The notes: a model not told the origin generated them from the sequence alone. A stretch of 64,000 bases of DNA from Gammaproteobacteria bacterium (GCA_029863705.1 JAOTUU010000003.1:1200-65199), one strand, 5' to 3'. Shown: positions 22,470 through 31,876, numbered from the stretch's first letter. Made by a program: numbers and translations.

Positions 22470-23534
22470 ATTTTCAACAAAGAATCGCTTCGCATCCTTG
22501 ACGGCCTGAGCTCGGGCGTCATTCTCCTCGACAGCAATCTGCTGATTGTTGGCCTGAATCCATCGGCGGAAAACATTCTGGGGATCAGCCAGCAGCGCGC
22601 ACAGGGTGAATCGCTCTTGCGCCTGCTGGACGACGAACCGGAGTTGCGAGACATCCTGAGCCGCGTCATGCAAACCGGCGACCACTACGCAAACGAAATA
22701 CGCCTCGGCGCGACCGAGGTTCACGCCGACGAGCGCATTGTCGACTGCCGCGTGTCACCGCTGAAGACAGAAGATACCGAGCTGCTGATCGAAATGACGG
22801 ACGTAACGCGCCGCGCGAAGATCAGCCGCGAAAACGCGCTCTTGATACAGCATGGCACAGGCCGACAGATGATCCGGCAGCTGGCCCACGAAATTAAGAA
22901 TCCGCTCGGCGGCATTCGTGGCGCGGCACAGCTGCTGGAAAGGCAGCTCGATGATGCTGAGCTAAGCGAATACACCGACGTCGTCATCAGCGAAACAGAC
23001 CGCCTTGCCGGCCTCGTCGATACATTGCTCGGCCCGGGCGGCCCGTCCAATAAACAACCGGTGAACGTGCATGAGTTACTTGAGTATGTTGTGCGACTCA
23101 TCGAAGCAGAGGACCAGAAAAGACTCACCGTTGTGCGCGATTACGACCCCAGCTTGCCGCTGATCGATCTCGATCGCGATCAAATGGTGCAGGCGTTTTT
23201 GAACCTGGTGCGAAACGCCGTAGCTGCGCTCGATGGCCAGGGGACAATTAAAATTCGTAGCCGGGCGGCCACGAACTTTACGATAGGCGACCGGCGCCAT
23301 CGCGTCATCGCGTCAATCGAAATCGAAGATGACGGGCCGGGCATACCCCTCGACATGCAGGACTCTGTTTTCTATCCACTCGTAACGAGCCGTCCCGAGG
23401 GCACGGGCCTTGGCCTGCCCGCTGCGCAGGAGCTGCTAAGTCGTCACAATGGGTTGATCGAATTCGAGAGCCGGCCCGGACGTACGGTGTTCTTCGCACG
23501 AATCCCACTTGAACAAACGGTGCAGAGCCAATGA
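22470..23534 (+). CDS. ntrB: nitrogen regulation sensor histidine kinase NtrB (GlnL); start codon uncertain
   Basis: PAS-like N-terminus (ILDGLSSGVILLDSNLLIVGLNPSAENILG), H-box (LAHEIKNPLGGIRGAAQLL) and N/G boxes (LNLVRNAVAAL, DDGPGIP, GTGLGL). There is no in-frame ATG/GTG/TTG between the upstream gene's stop (22431) and the conserved region. ATT at 22470 is my best guess and gives 354 aa. Confidence 0.85.
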   Translation: MFNKESLRILDGLSSGVILLDSNLLIVGLNPSAENILGISQQRAQGESLLRLLDDEPELRDILSRVMQTGDHYANEIRLGATEVHADERIVDCRVSPLKTEDTELLIEMTDVTRRAKISRENALLIQHGTGRQMIRQLAHEIKNPLGGIRGAAQLLERQLDDAELSEYTDVVISETDRLAGLVDTLLGPGGPSNKQPVNVHELLEYVVRLIEAEDQKRLTVVRDYDPSLPLIDLDRDQMVQAFLNLVRNAVAALDGQGTIKIRSRAATNFTIGDRRHRVIASIEIEDDGPGIPLDMQDSVFYPLVTSRPEGTGLGLPAAQELLSRHNGLIEFESRPGRTVFFARIPLEQTVQSQ

Positions 23535-24934
23535 CAGGTGCCGGTCTGAATGTCTGGGTGGTCGACGATGACCAGTCTGTTCGCTGGGTGCTCGAAAAAG
23601 CGCTGCGGCAGGCGGGAATGCAGGCGCGCAGCTTCGAGCGCGCGGAACACCTGCTTGAGGCGATAGAACACGGTGAGCCGGACGTCCTCATTACCGATGT
23701 CCGGATGCCGGGCATGAGTGGCATTACGCTGCTCGATCGCTTGCAAACAAGCTGCCCTGATCTGCCGATTATTGTCATTACCGCACATTCCGACCTGGAA
23801 AATGCCGTCGCCGCTTACAAGGGCGGGGCTTTTGAATACCTGCCCAAGCCATTCGACATTGATGAGGTGATAGCGCTCGTTAGAAAAGCAGCGCGCAAGA
23901 ACGGTGCTGTGGACGTAGACCAGAGGCAGAAAGGCAGTGACATTCCGTCGCTGATCGGCCAGGCACCGGCGATGCAGGAAGTGTTTCGCTCAATCGGCCG
24001 CCTGGCAGGCTCAAGTATGACTGTTTTGATAACCGGCGAGTCGGGTACAGGCAAAGAGCTCGTTGCACGGGCACTGCACGAACACAGCCCGCGGGCCAGC
24101 CAGCCGTTTGTAGCGCTCAACACGTCTGCGATTGCATCCGAGTTACTCGAGTCCGAATTGTTTGGCCATGAGCGTGGCTCGTTCACGGGGGCGGACTCGC
24201 GCCGCATTGGTCGCTTTGAACAAGCCGACGGCGGCACCTTGTTTCTCGATGAAATTGGCGACATGTCAGCGGCACTGCAGACGCGCTTGCTGCGCGTACT
24301 CGCCGAGAGCGAGTTCTATCGCGTTGGTGGACAGAGCTCGATCAAAGTCGATGTGCGGGTGATTGCTGCCACAAACCAGGACCTTGCGCGCGCAGTCAAG
24401 GAGTCGCGCTTTCGCGAAGACCTTTACCATCGTCTCAACGTCATAAGAATCAATACGCCGCCATTACGGCAACGGCGTGCCGACATACCGCTGTTGCTGA
24501 AGCACTATCTCACCGAGTCGGCGAAAGAGCTCGACGCGCCCGCCAAACTCATCGATGCAGATGCGCTTGACCTGTTGCAGGGATATGAATGGCCCGGCAA
24601 TGTGCGCCAGCTCGTTAACGCAACACGGCGACTGACGGTAACGGCGCCGGGCACCGTGATTACGCCGGCGGATATTCCGCAGGATCTCGGTGGCAATGTT
24701 TCGTCACAACGCGCAGCGCAGGAGTGGACGCGCAGCCTCGCATCGTGGGCGGAACGAGAAGTGAGCGCGAAGGATGCCGGGCCCCTACTAGATACGGCGC
24801 TACCCGAGTTCGAAAAAACGCTGATACAGATAGCGATGAGCCAGACGAACGGTCATCGGCAGGAAGCGGCGAAGTTACTTGGCTGGGGCCGCAATACGCT
24901 TACCCGCAAGATGAAAGCACTACATATAGACTGA
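23531..24934 (+). CDS. ntrC: sigma-54-dependent response regulator NtrC (GlnG)
   Basis: Receiver domain (VWVVDDDQSVRWVLEKAL, DVLITDVRMPGMSG), AAA+ sigma-54 activator domain (VLITGESGTGKELVARALH, GAFTGA-like GSFTGA, ESEFYRVGG) and a C-terminal Fis-type HTH. ATGA overlap with ntrB. Confidence 0.95.
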   Translation: MTGAGLNVWVVDDDQSVRWVLEKALRQAGMQARSFERAEHLLEAIEHGEPDVLITDVRMPGMSGITLLDRLQTSCPDLPIIVITAHSDLENAVAAYKGGAFEYLPKPFDIDEVIALVRKAARKNGAVDVDQRQKGSDIPSLIGQAPAMQEVFRSIGRLAGSSMTVLITGESGTGKELVARALHEHSPRASQPFVALNTSAIASELLESELFGHERGSFTGADSRRIGRFEQADGGTLFLDEIGDMSAALQTRLLRVLAESEFYRVGGQSSIKVDVRVIAATNQDLARAVKESRFREDLYHRLNVIRINTPPLRQRRADIPLLLKHYLTESAKELDAPAKLIDADALDLLQGYEWPGNVRQLVNATRRLTVTAPGTVITPADIPQDLGGNVSSQRAAQEWTRSLASWAEREVSAKDAGPLLDTALPEFEKTLIQIAMSQTNGHRQEAAKLLGWGRNTLTRKMKALHID

Positions 24935-24976
24935 TGTAGGAGCGCCCCGCGGGCGCGATCTCGGGCAGCCCCTACA
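24935..24976. repeat. REP-like palindromic element (two inverted units sharing a GCGATC core)
   Basis: TGTAGGAGCGCCCCGCGGGCGCGATCTCGGGCAGCCCCTACA has outer TGTAGG/CCTACA arms and an inner GCGCCC-cgc-GGGCGC hairpin. It fills the whole gap between convergent ntrC and the TPR gene, and the TPR stop codon lies inside it. A related copy is at 45371-45413. It resembles the TGTAGGAGCG...GCGA REP units of pseudomonads. Confidence 0.5.
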
Positions 24977-26699
24977 ATTCAGCCAGCCCCACTTCCTCAA
25001 GAAGCGCTACAAAGCGCGGGTCATCACGAATAAAATCGTACGCCGGATTGATTTTCATACTGAGCACACTGCGCGACCCCGATCGCTGCTCAATCGCGAA
25101 CTGAAGCGCGCTCAGTGCACCCTCTGCATCTCCGACAAACGCCAGGACCTGGCCGAGATCTTCAGTGCCCAAAAGGGCTCGTTTGATCAGGTCTTCAGAA
25201 ACATGGCCAACCTGCCTCGTGCTGGCGTAGGCAATGAACATGTCGCCAATTTGACGCGCAGCTTCCGGTTCGCCGCCGATGAATGTCGTATAGCTAACAA
25301 AAGCGTTTGCGCCGGCAACAGCATCACCGGAGCGCAATTCGTGCAGAAAATGATTTCGACGCGCAACGGCATAACCAGGATCATCGCGTTGCACACGCCT
25401 GATGATCTGAAGTCCCTCATCATACTGACGCGCATCCACAAGGATATAAGCGAGATTGCTGGTCATGAGCTTCGATAGAGGTTCGACCTCAAGCGCATAC
25501 CTCGCTGCCTTAACGGCCTCCTCATGCCGAGCCTGCCAGGAGAGCGTGTGCGACAACCAGTGCAAAACGCTGGCGTTGTCTGGCTCTATTCGAAGCGCGC
25601 GCCGAAACGTGTCCTCCGCCCCCTGCCAATCATATTCGTGAATCAGCGTAGACCAGGCGGCGGAGCTGCTGACGTAGGGTAAGTTCGGGTCGAGTTCGAG
25701 CGCGCGTGCGACCGCATATGTCGATCGTTCCTCGATAATTTTGCGATCGGCCGTTGCCGAGTACTCCGGAAGAAGCATGTTGGCGTCGGCAAGCCCCGAC
25801 CAGCCAAGCGCGAAGTCAGGATCAAGGGCCACAACTTGCTCGAAGTATTCTGCCGCGGCAAGCAGCGACTCACGTGTGCGCTTTTCCAGAAGCTGTTTGC
25901 CGATGAAATAGGAGTCCAGGGCCGCGATACTTTGTGTCGGAACAGAGTCGAGAATTTCTCGCTCCTCGTGAGTCAGCGTCGCCTGAAGCTGTGCCGCGAT
26001 TGCCTGGGCAATTTCACTCTGGATCTCGAAGACGTTAGCGGCAGTTAGTTCGCGATCGTATTGTTCGGCCCAGATGTGTTCGTCAGCGACCGCATCAATC
26101 AGCTGCACGTTTATGCGCACCCGGCTACCGGAGCGCTGCACACCGGCCTCGACGATCGTCGCCACTCCCAGCTCAGCTCCGATTTCCGGAATGGTCTTTG
26201 TGGTGCCCTCGTACTGCTGCACCGAGGTACGCGATGTTGTCTTCAGCGAGGCAATTCGTGACAAATGCGTCAGCAAGTCATCGTGAATTCCGGCGGCGAA
26301 CGGGTCGTTTTTCTCGTCCTGCGTCATGTTCGTGAAGGGCAGAATCGCAACAGACGGCTCCAGTGAGGGCGGCGCGCCACGCTCCGAAAGAAAAAATTTG
26401 TCCGCAACAAAATAGGCAAGAGCAAGCCCAAGAACCAACACGATTACACGATCTATCGGCCGTTGCCCGCCAGCCCATTTCTCGCGACCGGTGTCCTTTT
26501 GCACCCCTGCCGAAGTCAGTTGAAACGCCCAGGCGAGAATAACGGCGATCGGGAAGCCCACGACCAGAAACAGGAGGACTGTCTTCTCAAACCAGATTGG
26601 AAGCTCGAGTATGGGAGCGACAGTCGCCACGACCTGCAGCAGCAGCCATGCCGCGGCGAGATAAACGATGGCGACCTTGAAAACGCTGCGACGCTTCAA
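24972..26699 (-). CDS. membrane-anchored tetratricopeptide-repeat protein
   Basis: 575-aa ORF with N-terminal TM helices (VAIVYLAAAWLLLQVVATV, LLFLVVGFPIAVILAWAF), a TolB-N-like segment (SVAILPFTNMTQDEKNDPFAAGIHDDL) and C-terminal TPR-like repeats. Function unknown. Confidence 0.6.
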   Translation of the reverse strand: MKRRSVFKVAIVYLAAAWLLLQVVATVAPILELPIWFEKTVLLFLVVGFPIAVILAWAFQLTSAGVQKDTGREKWAGGQRPIDRVIVLVLGLALAYFVADKFFLSERGAPPSLEPSVAILPFTNMTQDEKNDPFAAGIHDDLLTHLSRIASLKTTSRTSVQQYEGTTKTIPEIGAELGVATIVEAGVQRSGSRVRINVQLIDAVADEHIWAEQYDRELTAANVFEIQSEIAQAIAAQLQATLTHEEREILDSVPTQSIAALDSYFIGKQLLEKRTRESLLAAAEYFEQVVALDPDFALGWSGLADANMLLPEYSATADRKIIEERSTYAVARALELDPNLPYVSSSAAWSTLIHEYDWQGAEDTFRRALRIEPDNASVLHWLSHTLSWQARHEEAVKAARYALEVEPLSKLMTSNLAYILVDARQYDEGLQIIRRVQRDDPGYAVARRNHFLHELRSGDAVAGANAFVSYTTFIGGEPEAARQIGDMFIAYASTRQVGHVSEDLIKRALLGTEDLGQVLAFVGDAEGALSALQFAIEQRSGSRSVLSMKINPAYDFIRDDPRFVALLEEVGLAEL

Positions 26700-26738
26700 T
26701 TCAGAGAAAAATGAAATAGCGGCCCCTATAAGGAGGTG

Positions 26739-27677
26739 TCAGACCTGCAGCGTACCGCTCAGGTGGGACACCGACTTAATCTCATGTCGATCCATATAGT
26801 CTAGCAGCCCCCGGTTGATCTTTTTGCAGACAAGCGGGTCATAGAACAACGCCGTTCCGATGCCGACGGTGCTTGCACCGGCGATCAGGAACTCGAGGGC
26901 GTCTTTAGCCGTGGTAATTCCGCCCTGGCCGATGATGGGCACATTGTGATGTTTCGCGACCTCGTAAACCTGCCGTGTCTTGAGCAGGGCGATCGGTTTG
27001 ATCGCCGGCCCCGACAAACCGCCTCGCACATTACCAATCACGGGCGTTCTTTTTTCGACATCGATTGCCATGCCCATCATCGTGTTGATCACAGCCAATG
27101 CGTCGGAGCCGGCTTCGATACAGACCCGCGCACTCTCCGCTATGTCGGTCTGGTTCGGCGACAGCTTGGTGATGATTGGTTTGCTGGTTTGTGCACGACA
27201 CGCGGCCACGACGCGCGCGGACATTTCAGGGACATTGCCAAACTGAACGCCGCCCTCTTTGATGTTCGGGCAAGAAATGTTTATCTCTATTGCGTCGATG
27301 GGTGAGTCATCAAAGCGCTTCGTAACAGCCGCATAGTCGTCGATCGTTGAGCCGCAGACATTCGCGATAAAGCGCGTTTCATTGAAATCGAGGCCAGGGA
27401 GAATATCGTCCACGACTGTATCGACGCCCGGGTTTTGTAGGCCAATGGCATTGAGCATGCCCATCGGAGTTTCGCAGACCCGATGCGGCGGGTTGCCCAG
27501 CCGCGGTTCCCGTGTCGTTCCCTTGAGCACGACTGCGCCAGCATCGGCGTTGGAAAACCCTTCGACCCGCGTGTATTCCTCGCCGAAGCCGACGCAACCG
27601 GACAACAACACGATAGGCGTTGCCAGTGGCAAGCCACAGAAGTCTACGTGCAGCGGATTTATTTGTGAGTCGGCCAT
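26739..27677 (-). CDS. pyrD: class 1 dihydroorotate dehydrogenase-like flavoenzyme (PyrD 1A/1B catalytic subunit type)
   Basis: Start at ATG 27677 ([32 protein letters not shown]...). Motifs are [32 protein letters not shown], the catalytic-Cys segment IEINISCPN and [18 protein letters not shown]. 312 aa. The track's longer ORF would overlap trmL. Confidence 0.75.
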   Translation of the reverse strand: MADSQINPLHVDFCGLPLATPIVLLSGCVGFGEEYTRVEGFSNADAGAVVLKGTTREPRLGNPPHRVCETPMGMLNAIGLQNPGVDTVVDDILPGLDFNETRFIANVCGSTIDDYAAVTKRFDDSPIDAIEINISCPNIKEGGVQFGNVPEMSARVVAACRAQTSKPIITKLSPNQTDIAESARVCIEAGSDALAVINTMMGMAIDVEKRTPVIGNVRGGLSGPAIKPIALLKTRQVYEVAKHHNVPIIGQGGITTAKDALEFLIAGASTVGIGTALFYDPLVCKKINRGLLDYMDRHEIKSVSHLSGTLQV

Positions 27678-27698
27678 TGGATGCGGCATTCTACGACA

Positions 27699-28154
27699 AT
27701 GTTGAACCTGATTCTCTACGAACCCGAGATACCGCCAAACACCGGCAATATTATTCGCTTGTGCGCGAATACCGGCGTCGCGCTGCATTTGATTGAGCCG
27801 CTGGGCTTCGACCTCGAAGAAAAGAAACTCAGGCGTGCCGGCCTCGATTATCGGGAGTTCGCCAGCGTGCAGACTTATGATTCGCTCGACGCCTGTTTGC
27901 AGGCGTTGGGGGCGCCGCGCCTGTTTGCGCTGAGTACGCGCGGCACGACGCGGCATGATGAGCCCAGCTACAGAGAGGGCGATGCTTTCCTGATGGGGCC
28001 CGAAACGAGAGGTCTGCCGCGGGAGCTGCTCAAAAGCCTGCCGCCGGAACAGGTGCTGCGGCTACCCATGCAAGCGGGAAGCCGCAGCCTGAACCTGTCG
28101 AACGCCGCAGCCGTTATCGTCTACGAGGCCTGGCGGCAACTCGGCTTCAACTAA
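27699..28154 (+). CDS. trmL: tRNA (cytidine/uridine-2'-O)-methyltransferase TrmL (SpoU/TrmH family)
   Basis: [37 protein letters not shown]... and [18 protein letters not shown] are hallmark TrmL/YibK motifs. ATG 27699 is preferred over 27681. Confidence 0.85.
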   Translation: MLNLILYEPEIPPNTGNIIRLCANTGVALHLIEPLGFDLEEKKLRRAGLDYREFASVQTYDSLDACLQALGAPRLFALSTRGTTRHDEPSYREGDAFLMGPETRGLPRELLKSLPPEQVLRLPMQAGSRSLNLSNAAAVIVYEAWRQLGFN

Positions 28155-29629
28155 GCGGGTTCGATGTTGCTGTTGAGGCGGAACAGGTTGCCCGGATCGT
28201 ACTGACCCTTGATTTTTCTGAGTCGCTCATACGCTGGTCCGTAATTGCCCGCAGCTTCGGCGCCATCAAAATCGATGTTGGTGTAATAGCCACCTGTGTG
28301 CGGTTCAATTGCTTTAAAGTTAGCGCGCGTCGCTGCTATGAACTCGTCGTCCTGTGCCGGGTCCATCCAGCCGCTGACGATGACGAGCATAATCTCGGCA
28401 TTACGATGCGGGAACGCGGTGTCCAGCTCGCCGACGCGTTTGACCGCGCCTCCGGCAACATGGTTGGCAACGAAAATTCTCGGGTCGTCAGACTCGACGA
28501 TGGCGTTGACGAGGCCCTGGGTCCACTCTTTGACCATGCCGTTCTTGGCGTAGGAGCGAACGCCGTGGCCGAAAGCTACGTCGTTGATTGTTTGCAGAAC
28601 CGTGTAGTCCTGGACAGTGACTCCATCCATTATCGGTGAACCGATAGCACGCAATGGGGCGAGCTCCTTTTCGCCGGCGGCGGGATCGCCGTTGTACACA
28701 ACATCCATCATGACGACCCGTACGCCATCAGGTGTTGTCGCGATTGTGGGGCCAACGTACATTTCATCGGACAGGCCGGCCGACCATTCCGCGTAGAACT
28801 CAAGCACATCACGAAGCTGTTCCACTGGCCAGACGATACTTCCCGACAGGACATTGCGGTCGAACGGATGCAGTTGATACTCGAATTCGGTGGCCACGCC
28901 AAAATTGCCACCGCCGCCGCGAATTGCCCAGAACAGATCCGGCTCTTCTTCGGCGCTGATACGACGAACAGTGCCGTCCGCCGTGACGATTTGTGCGCCG
29001 GTAACATTGTCAACGGTCAGGCCGTACTTGCGGTTAAGCCGGCCGAAGCCGCCACCCAGCGTGTAGCCGCCGACACCCGTGTGTGACACTACTCCCGCTG
29101 TCGTAACCATGCCCTTGTTGAGCGCTGCCGCATCCAGGGCGCTGAGCAATGCGCCTCCCTGGGCGCTCGCGCGTTGCGTTTCAGCGTCGGCCGTTACAGT
29201 GTTCATCTGCGACAGGTCGACCATCAAGCCGTCGTCACAAATCGACTTGCCGGGCCAGCTGTGACCGCCACCACGAACGGCAACGAGGAGTTCGCGCTCC
29301 CGCGCAAACGTTACGGCCTCACTAACATCTTCAGCATTCAGGCAGCGCGCGATTAACGCCGGTCTCTTGTCGTGCATGCCGTTCCAGATTGTGCGCGCGC
29401 CGTCGTAGTCCGGATGGCCGGATAACAGCACCGGACCGGTCATGCTTTCGCCGAGCTCCCTGATGGCGGCTTTCTCGAGTTCGATCTCGGCGCCGTCAAG
29501 AGAGATGCCACGGATGCTCGTATCGGCCTGCGTGGCTACCGGGGCCTTCTTGCCGCAGCCTGGCAGAATCGGAATGGCGGCAGCCACACTGGCAGCGACC
29601 GCTGTGCGGCAAAATTTACGTCGATCCAT
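28151..29629 (-). CDS. FAD-linked oxidase (PCMH/FAD_binding_4 plus BBE-like C-terminus) with Tat signal and lipobox
   Basis: [25 protein letters not shown] contains a twin-arginine motif and a lipobox Cys. [12 protein letters not shown] is the FAD-binding signature, and [13 protein letters not shown] is a berberine-bridge-enzyme-like C-terminal motif. Confidence 0.75.
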   Translation of the reverse strand: MDRRKFCRTAVAASVAAAIPILPGCGKKAPVATQADTSIRGISLDGAEIELEKAAIRELGESMTGPVLLSGHPDYDGARTIWNGMHDKRPALIARCLNAEDVSEAVTFARERELLVAVRGGGHSWPGKSICDDGLMVDLSQMNTVTADAETQRASAQGGALLSALDAAALNKGMVTTAGVVSHTGVGGYTLGGGFGRLNRKYGLTVDNVTGAQIVTADGTVRRISAEEEPDLFWAIRGGGGNFGVATEFEYQLHPFDRNVLSGSIVWPVEQLRDVLEFYAEWSAGLSDEMYVGPTIATTPDGVRVVMMDVVYNGDPAAGEKELAPLRAIGSPIMDGVTVQDYTVLQTINDVAFGHGVRSYAKNGMVKEWTQGLVNAIVESDDPRIFVANHVAGGAVKRVGELDTAFPHRNAEIMLVIVSGWMDPAQDDEFIAATRANFKAIEPHTGGYYTNIDFDGAEAAGNYGPAYERLRKIKGQYDPGNLFRLNSNIEPA

Positions 29630-29859
29630 GGTTGTTCCCCTTTTTATTTGGTTCTTGTTGTTAGACGGAGGGACGGTGAGATTAACACAGGGTCACTATT
29701 CTCCTGCTTCGTATCGATTTACCTTATCCCACCAAGCATAGACTATGACGTTACAGCCCGCAGGTGGCGCTACTGAATCAAAGTGTTTTCGGGTGAAACG
29801 TGTAGCAGGCAAACCAGCACAGGCGAACAGGCGAAGACACAAGGTAACCCGGCGCGCGT

Positions 29860-30831
29860 CTATTCCACTGGCGGCTCAAGCGCAGCATCGAGCATTTCGA
29901 CCAACTCGTCGCGGCTGTAGCTGAACTCGTGATCCTCGTTCAGGCTCGCGACCTCCTCGAGCGCCTTTTGAATAGTCCACCCTGCCTGACGCTGCTCCGG
30001 CACTACGAGGTAATGCTCTTTCGGGCTGTCACTGAATAGCGCGCGCGCAACGGCATCCGCCACCTGATGCGGCTCCGGGTCAGTATCCACGGGCCGGTTT
30101 TTGCATTGCTCCACGCGCGGCGCGACGAACGCCTCAAAACGTGAACCCTCTGCGCTGTATCCCCGCGCCATCATGCGATCGCAACGGTTGTGAAAGATGT
30201 TGGTCTTGTAGTTGCCGGGCTCAACGCCAATAACCTTGACGCCAAGAATGTCCATCTCGATTGCAAGCGAATCGGTATAAGCCTCGAGCGCGTGCTTACT
30301 CATGGAGTATATGCCGTACAAAGGGCCCGACAGCGTGCCGGAAATAGAGCTGATGTTGACGATACGGCCTTGTGATTCGATGATCTGCGGCGCAAACGCC
30401 CTGGTGATTCGATAAGGGCCGTAGATGTTTACGTCAAACAAAAAGTCGAGTTCGTCTTCTTCGATTTCGATGAGCGGCGCAAGGACATTAACACCGGCAT
30501 TGTTGACCACACCGTACAGGCCCATCCCGCCAGACTCGACGAGCTTGACGGCGGCATCGATGTCACTTTGAATCGTGACGTCCAGGCGAACGCCCTGAAT
30601 ATTTTCGATTGCGGAGAGCGCGGCGATGTCTGCGGGTTTTCTTGCGCCGGCATAAACGAAGTGGCCATCAGCAGCGAGCTTTTCGGCAATCAGGCGACCG
30701 ATGCCGGTGCTGGCACCGGTGACCAACACCGCGTGCTGCGCTTCCTCTGCGCGAGAGTCTGCGGGTAGGAGCAGCGACGACACAATTGACGCCATTAAGA
30801 TTAGCATTGCGACTCGAACGGTGGCCGTCAT
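29860..30831 (-). CDS. short-chain dehydrogenase/reductase (SDR) with N-terminal signal/anchor
   Basis: VLVTGASTGIGRLIAEKL is a TGxxxGxG motif, NNAG is present, and YSMSKHALEAY is the catalytic YxxxK. A hydrophobic N-terminus precedes the Rossmann fold. Confidence 0.8.
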   Translation of the reverse strand: MTATVRVAMLILMASIVSSLLLPADSRAEEAQHAVLVTGASTGIGRLIAEKLAADGHFVYAGARKPADIAALSAIENIQGVRLDVTIQSDIDAAVKLVESGGMGLYGVVNNAGVNVLAPLIEIEEDELDFLFDVNIYGPYRITRAFAPQIIESQGRIVNISSISGTLSGPLYGIYSMSKHALEAYTDSLAIEMDILGVKVIGVEPGNYKTNIFHNRCDRMMARGYSAEGSRFEAFVAPRVEQCKNRPVDTDPEPHQVADAVARALFSDSPKEHYLVVPEQRQAGWTIQKALEEVASLNEDHEFSYSRDELVEMLDAALEPPVE

Positions 30832-30859
30832 AGGGGCACTCCTTTTTGAATTCTTGTTT

Positions 30860-31876
30860 TTAGCTTTCGGGTTTTAGATCGCGCCCCATCAGGGCCCCAA
30901 CAGCTTCGCGCGGTTCCGCCCCCTCATAAATAATGCGGTAGATCTGATGACAAATGGGCATCTCGATCGCGAGTTTTTGTGCAACTTCGTTAACAGCCTC
31001 GGCGGCCATAACCCCCTCGACGACTTGCTGGATTTCTTCTTTCGCTTCTTCGATGGACATGCCGCTTGCGAGCGCCAGCCCCATACGCCGGTTTCGGGAC
31101 AGGTTGTCGGTGCAGGTCAACACAAGGTCGCCCATGCAGGCGAGGCCCATGAAGGTTTCCTGTTTCGCGCCGAGCGCCACACCCAGGCGCGTCATCTCAA
31201 CAAGGCCGCGGTTAATTAACGCAACGCGTGTATTTGCGCCGAAACCGAGGCCATCTGACATGCCGGCGCCGATGGCGAGGACGTTCTTTACCGCGCCGCC
31301 GACTTCCACGCCGATCATGTCTTCAGATGTATACGCGCGGAAATTGTCGGCAGACAGCGAGACAGCAAGGTCACTCGCGAACTCCGCGTTGTTTGCAGCG
31401 ATGGTCATCGCGGTTGGCAGGCCTTCGCCAACCTCTTTGGCGAACGTCGGCCCTGATAATACGGCCATAGGTCGGTCAGAGCCCAGAACCTCGGCCGCAA
31501 CCTGGTGTGGCAACTTGCCGGTGTGCAGCTCAAACCCTTTTGTTGCCCAGCAAACGCGAGAATCAGACCCAAGAAACGGTTTGATCGTCGTCAGTGTTTC
31601 ACGTAAACCGTGGCTGGGGACCACAACGAGGATATTGCGGGCATCGTCGACGCACTCTTCGATGTCGGCATACGCAACCATGTTCGGCGGGAAGCTGACG
31701 CCCGGAAGATAGCGTTTGTTTTCGCCATCGACCGACATGGCCTCAAGCAGGTCGAGTTCGCGCACACCGCCCAAGCGAACATCGCAACCGCAGCGGGCAA
31801 GCTGCAGCGCCAGCGCCGTTCCCCAGGAGCCGGCGCCTACGACGGCGACGTTCTTCGATGTTGTCGCGGTGCTTAT
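30860..31876 (-). CDS. gpsA: NAD(P)H-dependent glycerol-3-phosphate dehydrogenase; start codon uncertain (possible ATA)
   Basis: The track ORF starts at TTG 31774 (MGGVRELD...), but the in-frame upstream sequence encodes the essential Rossmann motif KNVAVVGAGSWGTALALQLARCG. There is no ATG/GTG/TTG in that frame back to the upstream stop. ATA at 31876-31874 overlaps the secB TAA and gives 338 aa, the normal GpsA length. Synteny is secB-gpsA. Confidence 0.85.
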   Translation of the reverse strand: MSTATTSKNVAVVGAGSWGTALALQLARCGCDVRLGGVRELDLLEAMSVDGENKRYLPGVSFPPNMVAYADIEECVDDARNILVVVPSHGLRETLTTIKPFLGSDSRVCWATKGFELHTGKLPHQVAAEVLGSDRPMAVLSGPTFAKEVGEGLPTAMTIAANNAEFASDLAVSLSADNFRAYTSEDMIGVEVGGAVKNVLAIGAGMSDGLGFGANTRVALINRGLVEMTRLGVALGAKQETFMGLACMGDLVLTCTDNLSRNRRMGLALASGMSIEEAKEEIQQVVEGVMAAEAVNEVAQKLAIEMPICHQIYRIIYEGAEPREAVGALMGRDLKPES

